Shown: positions 19,777-28,085 of the stretch, one piece after another
How positions within the stretch are numbered: position 1 is the stretch's first letter
Layout of the letters: every line of letters starts with the position of its first letter
From: a virus
Lineage: Duplodnaviria; Caudoviricetes
IMG/VR virus record: IMGVR_UViG_3300016263_000666
Coordinates: 1-36,212 of that record
Reading direction: 5' to 3' (one strand)
Length of the DNA stretch: 36,212 bases
Notes under the pieces: generated by a model
The model's input: only the letters and a program-made list of their open reading frames with translations
Databases searched by the model: none
What the model was told of the DNA's origin: nothing
Program-made: the position numbers and the translations under genes

Positions 19777-20601
19777 TTATAAAATAGCTCTTCCTTTCAT
19801 TTTCTCCCAATCTCTATTTTTTCTAACTTTATTATTAGTTTCTAAAGTAGCAACTAACACACTGTTGTGGCTCTTTACTTTCTTTGATAATTGTATAATA
19901 GCTTGTAAATCTTTAGGAAAACAATGTCCTCCAAAACCAAAATCTCCATCAGGGCCAGGAACAGACCAATGAGATTTTCCTAATCTTTCATCATATTTAG
20001 CATACTCTATTATTTTGTCATAATCTAATTTAAGTTTCTTACATAAATGATATATCTCATTTGCAAAAGAAACTTTAACAGATAAGAAAGTGTTAGCTAC
20101 GTATTTAACCATTTCAGCATAAGAAGAATCTGTCTTTATAATATTTGCTGAGGGGAAGACCACCGAGAACACTTGTTTTAATACGCTAGTTGAATTTCTA
20201 GGTCCTCCTAATATTATTCTATCTTGATTATTATAATCGTCTACCGCATTTCTTTCCGTTAGAAATTCAGGATTAAAACATATAGAATTATTCTTATATT
20301 TTTTATTTAGTTTGTATGTAGTACCTGGGATGATAGTGGATTTAATGACTACTATTTTTCCTTTGACTTTATTATTTATCTTTTTTATTACATTTTCTAC
20401 TATGCTTATATTACAACTTCCATCAGGATTCATTGGTGTTGGCAAACACACAAAAATGATTTTAGAAGATTTTATAACTTCATCTTCAGTAGAATTACAT
20501 TTAGATGCGTCTAAATCAAAAGTTTTTACATCATAAAAGTTTTTAAACTTTTGATATACTGCATTACCTACAAATCCCTGTCCAATTATTCCTATCTTCA
20601 T
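19777..20601 (-). CDS. UDP-glucose/GDP-mannose dehydrogenase family, short form lacking the C-terminal domain
   Basis: GQGFVG, CLPTP, KST..PGT, NPEFL.E, AE.VKY..N, GGHCFPKD. Confidence 0.9.
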   Translation of the reverse strand: MKIGIIGQGFVGNAVYQKFKNFYDVKTFDLDASKCNSTEDEVIKSSKIIFVCLPTPMNPDGSCNISIVENVIKKINNKVKGKIVVIKSTIIPGTTYKLNKKYKNNSICFNPEFLTERNAVDDYNNQDRIILGGPRNSTSVLKQVFSVVFPSANIIKTDSSYAEMVKYVANTFLSVKVSFANEIYHLCKKLKLDYDKIIEYAKYDERLGKSHWSVPGPDGDFGFGGHCFPKDLQAIIQLSKKVKSHNSVLVATLETNNKVRKNRDWEKMKGRAIL

Positions 20602-21218
20602 ATAGCGTCGTAAAATTGATTTTGTGCCTCTTGTCTCTTTATATTTTTATAATGTAAAATACAGTACTCTTCATCAGTAGGTAGAAGTGCATATGAAGTA
20701 TGACCATAAAGTACTTCATGCACTTTATTTATCCACTGTATCTTTGGAGAATTTTGTAGAATTCTGGTTTGATAATCAGGAAAGTTTACCCAACCTTTTT
20801 CATTTACTTGCCATCTCCACTTTTGAATATGTTCTGGGGTCAAACCCTCTACAGTATTAATTCTAGGTAAAAGAAATACTTGAGTCTCAGGGTTTTGTTG
20901 TAGTATTACATGGAGATTTTGTATAAACCAAGGATTAAAATACTCATCAGCATCGATCTGAAATATCCATTCACCAGTGCAATTTGCTTTAAGATTATTT
21001 TTAAAAGCACCGAAGTTTCCTCTTAAAGGGAATTGAACGTGTTTAATACTCTGAGAGAATTCATCATAGAGGACTTTATAAACCTCTGGTGTTGTATTGC
21101 CCATATCAGACTGCACAACTATCTCGTCCTCTTCTCTCTTGTTTTCTATTAGGAGTTTAAGAAGCTTACGAATCTCTTCGTGTTCATAACAGACTGGTAT
21201 AGCATAGCTGATTCTCAT
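20598..21218 (-). CDS. Glycosyltransferase family 2 (start corrected to MRISYAI)
   Basis: WIFQIDADE, PDYQTRI, KVHE, ILH. Confidence 0.88.
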   Translation of the reverse strand: MRISYAIPVCYEHEEIRKLLKLLIENKREEDEIVVQSDMGNTTPEVYKVLYDEFSQSIKHVQFPLRGNFGAFKNNLKANCTGEWIFQIDADEYFNPWFIQNLHVILQQNPETQVFLLPRINTVEGLTPEHIQKWRWQVNEKGWVNFPDYQTRILQNSPKIQWINKVHEVLYGHTSYALLPTDEEYCILHYKNIKRQEAQNQFYDAI

Positions 21219-21222
21219 AGCA

Positions 21223-21666
21223 TCAGATATCAAATAGACCTATGTATTCACAAGCTGTAAAGTAGTCTTTGCCAAAGTTCTGAATTGTTTTAGAATCAGA
21301 CTTGTAATTTTTACCTTTGAATCTTGGGTTATCCTGCTCCTCTTCTGTTAGTGGCACATTTTTAATACCTGCCCAATGCCAATTATCTTTTGAACTACCA
21401 TTAGGAAATACAGTGCCTTTAGTTTCTAAGTTTACCACATTAGGATACCAAACTCTAGTTTGCTCATCAACATATTTAATGTCTTTGAATAGCTCAGGCA
21501 TCTCTGATTCATATGCTTCAGCGTCATATTCTCCCTCTTTAAGCAGATCGTTTGTGATGAATCCACACGCCAAGCAATTGTAAGAGTTGTGTACCTCATT
21601 TATAGGTAGCACATAGCACGACTCGGGTGCTCCGCACTTAGGACAGGTTTGTAATGCGTCAGTCAT
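21223..21666 (-). CDS. Zn-ribbon hypothetical protein (start corrected to MTDALQ)
   Basis: CPKC...CLACG. Confidence 0.75.
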   Translation of the reverse strand: MTDALQTCPKCGAPESCYVLPINEVHNSYNCLACGFITNDLLKEGEYDAEAYESEMPELFKDIKYVDEQTRVWYPNVVNLETKGTVFPNGSSKDNWHWAGIKNVPLTEEEQDNPRFKGKNYKSDSKTIQNFGKDYFTACEYIGLFDI

Positions 21667-21859
21667 TGAGTTGCTCTTTTGCTGTTCCTTTGGAATAGGG
21701 ATAAGTGTAAACTTGAGGAGAGCAAGTACACGACTTGGATTCCTCTGTGACTTCCTTAAGTGTGTCAACTATTTTTTGCCACTGACTAGGTGTTGGATTT
21801 AGATGGTGACAGGCTTCTGAGAAACCTCTAAACCAGATTATAAATTCGTTTGATGTCAT
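21659..21859 (-). CDS. Small hypothetical phage protein
   Basis: ORF coupled to both neighbours; F..W..GF...PT..QW pattern. Confidence 0.7.
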   Translation of the reverse strand: MTSNEFIIWFRGFSEACHHLNPTPSQWQKIVDTLKEVTEESKSCTCSPQVYTYPYSKGTAKEQLND

Positions 21860-23157
21860 ACTTTGTTCAGTTTAGGTAGTTCGATCTTCTTTAATTTAGG
21901 TAATTCTAGTTGTACTTGTTTAGGAATTACCTCAACATATTTTTGAAGTGACTCTTTCATCTTATCATAGTTAAAATTTGTTTTAGAATAATAAGATTGC
22001 TGTTTTGCTAATTCTTTATATTTTTTATAATTTTCATAAACCTCTTTTAAGTAGTGTCTAGCTTGTTGTACATTAGGACTAAACCACTGAGATTCTTGTA
22101 AAATTATATCTTTAGCAGAAGCTGATCTATGAACATTTTTAAGCTCGCCACTTAACAGGCATGTGTATTCTGATTTAAGAAAATCCATGTGTCCAGACCA
22201 ACCTGATACTATAATAGGCTTTTTGACCATAGCAAATTCTAATATAGGGCGACCGAATCCTTCTCCCTTTGTGAGATTAAACATGGCCTTCACTTTAGAA
22301 TGATTATAGAGATTATTTATATCGCTATCAGATAATTCTCCATGGACTAGATAAACATTAGGAAGGTTTTCTCCAACTTGATTTCTTATAGCATCTATTT
22401 TTCTTAGCATCTCTTCTCTATCCATTACACTGGCACCAGCACCAGAAGTTTTTAATATTAAAGCAGGTTTGTCTCTCTTATTTTGAAACGTTTCTAAGAA
22501 TGTTTTTAACATCAAACCAGTGTTTTTTCTATCCTCTCCTATATCTCCTTGTAGCCAGTGGCCAACAAAAAGAAAACAAAAACTCTCTTCAATGCCATCT
22601 AGTGTTTTTACAAGATCAGTTTCTTCAAGATTATCATCTTCTATGTAAAAGTATTTGTTCAAATCTACTCCTTCAAAAAGCACCTCAACAGGTTTTTGTA
22701 GTTTTATTTGATCTACAGTTAATCCCTGTTGATTCTTTTTTTCAAAGATAGAATCTTGAAATACTTTTTTAGCATGATTAGATGATACTAAAGTAACGTC
22801 CATTCTATTTAATCCTTCTATCCAAGTGTGATGACACATAGTAGTTTCAACTCCTGCTGTTACTCCTATGTTGTATTTTCCTACCGGTTGAAATTCATTG
22901 GGAATCGTGACTTGAATCCAGACATCTGGTTGTTTTTCTATTCTACCACTTTTATTTAGGAATTGATTGACCCATCCCCACTCTTGTTGATTATCTTTTA
23001 TGTATCCCCAAGGAGTAACGCCCCATCTTTGAGGTAGGATTTGAAAATCCCAGTCTTCTTTTTTAAGTTCGTATAGAGCTTTAAAAAAATCTCTTGATCT
23101 AGCACCATATCCTGAATGTGTGTCAATAGGACATGATATTATGCACAACTGTTTCAT
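21856..23157 (-). CDS. Glycosyltransferase family 4 (GT-B)
   Basis: SGYG, FLFVG...RKN, GEGFGRPILE (EX7E), SGHMDF. Confidence 0.92.
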   Translation of the reverse strand: MKQLCIISCPIDTHSGYGARSRDFFKALYELKKEDWDFQILPQRWGVTPWGYIKDNQQEWGWVNQFLNKSGRIEKQPDVWIQVTIPNEFQPVGKYNIGVTAGVETTMCHHTWIEGLNRMDVTLVSSNHAKKVFQDSIFEKKNQQGLTVDQIKLQKPVEVLFEGVDLNKYFYIEDDNLEETDLVKTLDGIEESFCFLFVGHWLQGDIGEDRKNTGLMLKTFLETFQNKRDKPALILKTSGAGASVMDREEMLRKIDAIRNQVGENLPNVYLVHGELSDSDINNLYNHSKVKAMFNLTKGEGFGRPILEFAMVKKPIIVSGWSGHMDFLKSEYTCLLSGELKNVHRSASAKDIILQESQWFSPNVQQARHYLKEVYENYKKYKELAKQQSYYSKTNFNYDKMKESLQKYVEVIPKQVQLELPKLKKIELPKLNKV

Positions 23158-23158
23158 A

Positions 23159-24601
23159 TTAATAAACTAAGGGGTGAACAATTTTCTTTTTAGGTAATTT
23201 ATCTATTTTAATGAACTCGAAGTTCTTTTTAGGTTTAAACTGTGTAAGAGTATCTTCTATAGTTGATAAAACATTTTTACACATGTTCTTTGCACTCATC
23301 ATAGATTCTTCAGATAGAACCCAATCTCTACCAGCCATTCCTCTTTCTTTTCGATCTTGAGGATCTAGTTCATAAATCTTTTGTATAGCTTTTGCAACAT
23401 CTCTAAAATCACAACGATCATCAAAGATATAGGGGGTTGGAATGGAACCCACAATACTCATATTAGTAGGGAATACTGCTTCTGCCCACTTGCCGTGTTT
23501 TTTGAAAGTGCCAAAGTGGTTTGAACAGAATTTATCGTTGAAGTCAATCCATTTACCTGTTTCATCTTCAAATCGAAGTTGATCCTGCATTCCGCCAGTT
23601 ACGTTAGCTATTATCATTCTCCCTGCCATCATAGACTCAGTTAGAGAAAGTCCCCAACCTTCATTTGAAGAAATTAAGCAGGTAACATCTGCAATATTGT
23701 AGAGAAGATTAACTCCTTCTGGTGATAACTTCTGTTGATGAAAGAAAACTTTTTGATATTCTGGATCGCATAGTAAATCACTAACTACTGATAATTCAGT
23801 ACCATTATCATCTGCAATATCTGTGTGTAATAATAATGCACATTTTTTGGCTTTTTCTTTTCCTATAGAGTCACAAAATACTGAGTAAGCTGCAATAAGA
23901 TCAGATGTACATTTTCTTCTAATATTTCTAGCATTATAGAAGATAACAAACTCAGGTTCAAAACTACCAAATATATCTTTCTTCTTTTTTTCTAATGACT
24001 CATTTTCACTTTTCATGAACTCAGTAATAGGAAAAAAATGTTTTTCATTTATACCATGAGGAACATACCTAAGAATTTTATCTTTAGCTGATTCTCCTAA
24101 AACCATTCGATTAATATTCAAAGTTTGTTTTGAAATAGCCATAAGAGCATCGCAAGATTCATAATATGACTTATTATACAAAGGAGCTGGTAAATCATCC
24201 CAAATATTGAGATAGATCATAGGTATGGTCTTTCTAATCTCATTCTCAATTTGAAAAAGCCAAATCCAATATCTAGGGTCAGTAAAAAATACTAAAGCAT
24301 CTGGTTTTTCAATATCAATCATTTGCCTAACTGATTCTTGAGTACCATAACCGTTAGTAGGATAAATAAAAACAGACGCATCAGGGATGCCTGCTACTCT
24401 ACCTGTATCTTGAGATATATCAAGATGTTTGCCCTGATCAGGATGGTTTATAGCCGCACCCATATTGACCCAATTAAATCTATGGGCTGTGCCTAATACT
24501 ATCTCTCTGGCCATTGTCGATATACCAGAGGTCATACGGATGTCGTCTGAGAGCAGCAGAATCTTTTTCCTCTGCTCTTTTGGAATATAACCTTCTATCA
24601 T
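23159..24601 (-). CDS. Glycosyltransferase family 4 (GT-B)
   Basis: VPHG, RNIRRK, LYNIAD...S..EGWGLSLTE (EX7E), TGG..DQ. Confidence 0.92.
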   Translation of the reverse strand: MIEGYIPKEQRKKILLLSDDIRMTSGISTMAREIVLGTAHRFNWVNMGAAINHPDQGKHLDISQDTGRVAGIPDASVFIYPTNGYGTQESVRQMIDIEKPDALVFFTDPRYWIWLFQIENEIRKTIPMIYLNIWDDLPAPLYNKSYYESCDALMAISKQTLNINRMVLGESAKDKILRYVPHGINEKHFFPITEFMKSENESLEKKKKDIFGSFEPEFVIFYNARNIRRKCTSDLIAAYSVFCDSIGKEKAKKCALLLHTDIADDNGTELSVVSDLLCDPEYQKVFFHQQKLSPEGVNLLYNIADVTCLISSNEGWGLSLTESMMAGRMIIANVTGGMQDQLRFEDETGKWIDFNDKFCSNHFGTFKKHGKWAEAVFPTNMSIVGSIPTPYIFDDRCDFRDVAKAIQKIYELDPQDRKERGMAGRDWVLSEESMMSAKNMCKNVLSTIEDTLTQFKPKKNFEFIKIDKLPKKKIVHPLVY

Positions 24602-24605
24602 AGAC

Positions 24606-24824
24606 TTATTTTATAGCTTCAATTATGCTTGATCCTGTGTAGTAAGTGTTGTACTGTTCGTGAATAGACTGTCTAAATTTAGAGTCAGTAAGGTACATGT
24701 AAATAGACCTTTCAACTATATCTTGAAGACCCATTTTTGTTTTAACTGATGTTACTTTAAAATCTTCGTAGAGAACCTGAGGTATTTTGACTGAGGTGAT
24801 AACTCTTTTTGTTTTGCCAACCAT
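24606..24824 (-). CDS. Ribbon-helix-helix DNA-binding protein
   Basis: ITSVKIP..LY..FK......MGLQDIVERSI..YL fits the strand-helix-helix pattern. Confidence 0.7.
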   Translation of the reverse strand: MVGKTKRVITSVKIPQVLYEDFKVTSVKTKMGLQDIVERSIYMYLTDSKFRQSIHEQYNTYYTGSSIIEAIK

Positions 24825-24847
24825 ATGTTTTTATTAATAAATATGGC

Positions 24848-24872
24848 TATATCTATAAAATATATCTATAAA
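24848..24872. promoter_or_regulatory. Tandem direct repeat TATATCTATAAA x2, candidate RHH operator
   Basis: Copies at 24848-24859 and 24861-24872, directly upstream of the RHH gene. Confidence 0.5.
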
Positions 24873-24885
24873 TAAGAAAATATTT

Positions 24886-25788
24886 TTATTGCCTATCACA
24901 CAAATCTGGCCTATCTTTGAATGGGCACCACTTGCAATTGTCTAGACTCTTCTTGTAAACCCTATCTGTATTATACTTGGCATCTGGGGTGAAACACTCC
25001 TTGATAAACTTAACCAGACTATCATGAGCATCTTGCACTTTACGCTTGCCATTGGCTGGCACAAACTCTTGGATCCTGTGAATAGGGAAGTCTGGATTGG
25101 TGAATACCTTACGCTTGACAATGAAAAACTTGACATCAATCTTCTCCTCAGGCACATTCATACCTTTTGAATAGAATCGCTTGTAGAGCAGGATCTGATT
25201 GATCTTGGTCTGGTCTTTCTTCTCTCTATCAGACCAACCTTTTGTGGAGGTCTTGATATCATAGATCGTGTACTTGTCAAGATCCTGATCATAGAGGATA
25301 AAGTCTACATAGCCTTGCAAGATCACATTAGGTATCTCATCAGTCACAGGCAAGAGAATAGGCACCTCGATGCCTACTAGATGCGTGCCCTTCTTAGAGA
25401 AGTAACGAGCTCTATTCTTCTTGAACCAATCTAGTGTAGTCTGTCCATCAGCTAAGAACTCTTTCATCTCCTCAGGAGTTGAGAAGTGCTCACCTTTAGA
25501 TTCGTCTAGGGCTTGCTTGTAGTTGAATACTAATCGCTCTTGTAATAGTTTACCTAAATCTATATCGTCTGCTGCTTTGATAGAGTCCTCATACATGACC
25601 TTCAGATACTCTTGCAGAGTTTCATGTACGCTTGTACCATAGACAGTATAGATACTGTTAGTAAAGGTCTGGTGTTTCTTAACATAGTTAAGGTACCATT
25701 GATACTCGCAGTTAGTATAAATAGAATACTGTGAGTAGCTTACCGCTTTTTGGTAAGCGTAGTTAATATCTGCAACCCTTTTAGGCAA
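24886..25788 (-). CDS. Cas4/RecB-like PD-(D/E)XK exonuclease
   Basis: SYSQ...Y..C, G..VH..L, GYVD..., DIKTS, Q..LY, C-terminal CKWC......LC (4-Cys). Confidence 0.88.
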   Translation of the reverse strand: MPKRVADINYAYQKAVSYSQYSIYTNCEYQWYLNYVKKHQTFTNSIYTVYGTSVHETLQEYLKVMYEDSIKAADDIDLGKLLQERLVFNYKQALDESKGEHFSTPEEMKEFLADGQTTLDWFKKNRARYFSKKGTHLVGIEVPILLPVTDEIPNVILQGYVDFILYDQDLDKYTIYDIKTSTKGWSDREKKDQTKINQILLYKRFYSKGMNVPEEKIDVKFFIVKRKVFTNPDFPIHRIQEFVPANGKRKVQDAHDSLVKFIKECFTPDAKYNTDRVYKKSLDNCKWCPFKDRPDLCDRQ

Positions 25789-25790
25789 GA

Positions 25791-26048
25791 CTATTCTTCT
25801 TTAGCGGCGTCTTTGTCCTTAGTCAACTCCTTAGGCCAGAACTCTTTATTGATGCCACCACATTTGGTGCACACAAAGGTTTGAATTGGAATAACGCCGT
25901 CTTGAGCATCACCTGTTAAGAACTTGCTTACCTTACGAAGCATGAGTGCTTCTTGAAAAGCCTGAGATCCACAGGTATCACAAGTGATCGGTGTGGTTTT
26001 ATCTAAAGAGATCTTTAGCTGTACTTGTTGTTTTTGTTGATTATTCAT
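25791..26048 (-). CDS. Zn-ribbon protein (start corrected to MNNQQ)
   Basis: CDTCG...CTKCG. Confidence 0.8.
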   Translation of the reverse strand: MNNQQKQQVQLKISLDKTTPITCDTCGSQAFQEALMLRKVSKFLTGDAQDGVIPIQTFVCTKCGGINKEFWPKELTKDKDAAKEE

Positions 26049-26229
26049 CGTCTTCTTCGTTTGTTTTTCTCTTGTTGTCCCACTCATCTAAGATCCACTG
26101 TTTCCAGATGGTCTCTACTGAGATAGGACCATTCTTGTGTTTATCTAAATCCCATTTGAATATCTGGGTGCAGGCATTATCCTCTCTTCTCAGTTCGAAT
26201 TTTGTCTCTCTAATAGTCTCTTTTGCCAT
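26041..26229 (-). CDS. Hypothetical protein
   Basis: ORF directly after a perfect TAACTTTG box. Confidence 0.7.
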   Translation of the reverse strand: MAKETIRETKFELRREDNACTQIFKWDLDKHKNGPISVETIWKQWILDEWDNKRKTNEEDDE

Positions 26230-26233
26230 ATAA

Positions 26234-26263
26234 CAAAGTTAAACAAAACAGGTCAAAATAAAA
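26234..26263 (-). promoter_or_regulatory. Bacteroidota-type promoter TTTTATT-N15-TAACTTTG
   Basis: Perfect -7 TAnnTTTG box 4 nt upstream of the ATG. Confidence 0.55.
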
Positions 26264-26281
26264 ATTCTATCTTTGTAGTAA

Positions 26282-26773
26282 CTATTTTGGCATGTGACTA
26301 TTTAAAGCCGCTGTGTATTCTTCAATACTGGCTTCATAGTAACCTTTACTTTTTAATTCAACTGCGTACTGGTGGGGAGTTTTCCACTTGAATGAGTAGT
26401 TTTTTCTCCTAAGATAACTTAGTTGCGAAAGTGTGGCGTACTTTATTGTGGGATAGATTGCGAAGTTGCTATGTCCTTCTGCTTTAGCGCCATTTGAAAC
26501 AGCGAACGAATCTACTTTATGATAGTGACGAGCGAAGACATTATTGTATCTAGTGAGTCCGTTCTTGTAATTACCGCTCTCATGTTTTGACTGAGCGATT
26601 AATAATTCCGCTGTGTAGGGATCCACGCCTTCGGATCTTAATGCCCCTCTAATCTCCTTCTCATAATCTACTGGCAGCGAAACTATCCGATTTTCCACTC
26701 CAGTCTTGCTCCCTAGATTGGTAAAAGAGAAAGAGAGCAAAATGGAAATGAAAACAGTGATAGTCATTTTCAT
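26282..26773 (-). CDS. GH73 glucosaminidase-domain peptidoglycan hydrolase with N-terminal signal/anchor
   Basis: IAQSKHESG, NNVF, FAIY, LKSKGYY...Y; hydrophobic N-terminus. Confidence 0.82.
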   Translation of the reverse strand: MKMTITVFISILLSFSFTNLGSKTGVENRIVSLPVDYEKEIRGALRSEGVDPYTAELLIAQSKHESGNYKNGLTRYNNVFARHYHKVDSFAVSNGAKAEGHSNFAIYPTIKYATLSQLSYLRRKNYSFKWKTPHQYAVELKSKGYYEASIEEYTAALNSHMPK

Positions 26774-26797
26774 CTTTTTGGTTTTAGGTTAAACATC

Positions 26798-26815
26798 CCT
26801 CTGGTTTCCCAGAGG
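26798..26815 (-). other. GNRA-loop hairpin in the 5' leader of the glucosaminidase gene
   Basis: CCTCTGG-GAAA-CCAGAGG on the minus strand; no long U tract. Confidence 0.5.
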
Positions 26816-26925
26816 ACTGGGGTATAACTTTTCAGAACTTTTATTTTGACTTCAGTAAGAATAAATATCTAATAATATACGAATATACCCAAAATTGTAT
26901 TTATAGATATAATATATCTTTATAG

Positions 26926-26999
26926 TGGGCCCTGTTGGGATCGAACCAACGACCCGCAGATTATGAGTCTGCTGCTCTGACCAACTGAGCTAAGGGCCC
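26926..26999 (-). tRNA. tRNA with CAT anticodon, most likely Ile2 (lysidine type); CCA not encoded
   Basis: GGGCCCT-TA-GCTC..GAGC-A-GCAGA-CTCATAA-TCTGC..GTTGG-TTCGATC-CCAAC-AGGGCCC-A. Confidence 0.92.
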
Positions 27000-27004
27000 A
27001 AAAG

Positions 27005-27161
27005 CTGTAGAGGAAGGGTTCGAACCTCCATGTGGTCTTTAGGAACAGAACAAAGATTGGTGGTCAACCCCCGAGAGACGTTACTCTCTGCACTCTGCCT
27101 TTATCAGATAACCCACACCCCCGAGACAGGAGGGCACGTCTGCCAGTTTCGTCACTCTACA
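27005..27161 (-). ncRNA. tRNA-Asp(GTC)-like RNA with an 88-nt variable arm
   Basis: Acceptor TGTAGAG/CTCTACA+G, D arm ACG-AAACTGGCAGA-CGT, anticodon arm CCCTC-CTGTCTC-GGGGG, T arm GGAGG-TTCGAAC-CCTTC. Confidence 0.75.
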
Positions 27162-27355
27162 GTTTTATAATCATGACTAATCACCATTTTGAGATCGCCA
27201 TAATAAAGCTTGTACGGTTTGCCTTTAGTATCAATCTTCTCTACTGACTCACCATCTATGAGAAAGTCTAACTCAGATTCTGTCAACACTACTGGCTGAG
27301 GTAGAGTGATCTTTTTCATAGTTTCTTCTTTTAAGAATGCTTTATATAATTTCAT
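27152..27355 (-). CDS. Small hypothetical protein (may start at 27319, MKKITL)
   Basis: ORF; its last 10 nt overlap the tRNA-like RNA. Confidence 0.55.
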   Translation of the reverse strand: MKLYKAFLKEETMKKITLPQPVVLTESELDFLIDGESVEKIDTKGKPYKLYYGDLKMVISHDYKTVE

Positions 27356-27357
27356 GA

Positions 27358-27888
27358 TTAGTACAAGACAGCCTTTATTTTACTCTCTAGTTCTATTTCT
27401 TGCTGGAAAGCATCAGCTTCCCAAGGTCTTATTCCGTATTCTATTTCTTTAAGATCGTATTTAGCCCTGTTCCAGTAGACATACCAACCATCATACACTA
27501 ACTGCTTCGAGTAGTATTGTCTAAGATGGATGAGTTCGTGTGCCACTATGTTAATGTGCTCTGACCTACTTGCATCTATAACATACATAACATATTGATG
27601 TCCGTCTCCGTATATCATACCTTTCAACTCCAAATCTTCTGGAAAGTTTGCTTTAGCCTCTTCAGATAATCGCTTAACAGTCACAGTCATATCACACATG
27701 CCTAGGCTGTCTAATCCCACGTAGACAATAGTGTCCATGTACGGATACTTCGTGTAGTTGATGACGATGTTGTTCTCGCTGAATTGTGCACGCTTAAAAT
27801 AATGGTGCTTAGACTGATCGATGATTGCCCACACTACCAATCCAAGTAGTAGAATCATCCAAAACCAAAAATTCTTGCTTCTAATCAT
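27358..27888 (-). CDS. Membrane-anchored zincin-like metallopeptidase
   Basis: N-terminal TM; HELIHLRQ (HEXXH) and RPWEADA. Confidence 0.8.
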   Translation of the reverse strand: MIRSKNFWFWMILLLGLVVWAIIDQSKHHYFKRAQFSENNIVINYTKYPYMDTIVYVGLDSLGMCDMTVTVKRLSEEAKANFPEDLELKGMIYGDGHQYVMYVIDASRSEHINIVAHELIHLRQYYSKQLVYDGWYVYWNRAKYDLKEIEYGIRPWEADAFQQEIELESKIKAVLY

Positions 27889-27918
27889 AACCCGTGTTTT
27901 TTGTTTGTTAAATATTTG

Positions 27919-27989
27919 TAGTCTCTACTGGACTCGAACCAATAATAACAGAATCAAAATCTGCTGTGTTGCCATTACACCAAGAGACT
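27919..27989 (-). tRNA. tRNA-Gln(TTG); CCA not encoded
   Basis: AGTCTCT-TG-GTGT..ACAC-A-GCAGA-TTTTGAT-TCTGT-TATT-ATTGG-TTCGAGT-CCAGT-AGAGACT-A. Confidence 0.92.
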
Positions 27990-27990
27990 C

Positions 27991-28085
27991 TAAAGGGGGA
28001 GGCTGATCAGGCCTCCTAACAGTCTACTCACGCCAAGTCCATCCTATGGCCACTACTTGAACTCAAACCTTTTGACCGCCCCTCT
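27991..28085 (-). ncRNA. Candidate 95-nt tRNA-like structured RNA
   Basis: AGAGGGG/CCCCTTT+A closing stem, GAGGC-CTGATCA-GCCTC hairpin, internal arm CGGTC/GACTG, CAAGT/ACTTG, CCAT/ATGG. Confidence 0.55.

Noticed and set aside
3207-24601. Bacterial capsule or O-antigen locus
   Set aside because: No wzx, wzy, wzm/wzt or initiating transferase seen, and the block is continuous with phage-type genes on both sides
24886-25788. CRISPR-Cas system suggested by the Cas4-like gene
   Set aside because: No repeat-spacer array or other cas genes seen; solo Cas4-like nucleases are common in phages
27030-27125. Intron explanation for the long tRNA-Asp (TCTCGGGGGT occurs twice)
   Set aside because: The anticodon arm is already intact, removing the segment between the repeats still leaves an oversized variable region, and the insert is far too short for a group I/II intron; disfavoured but not excluded
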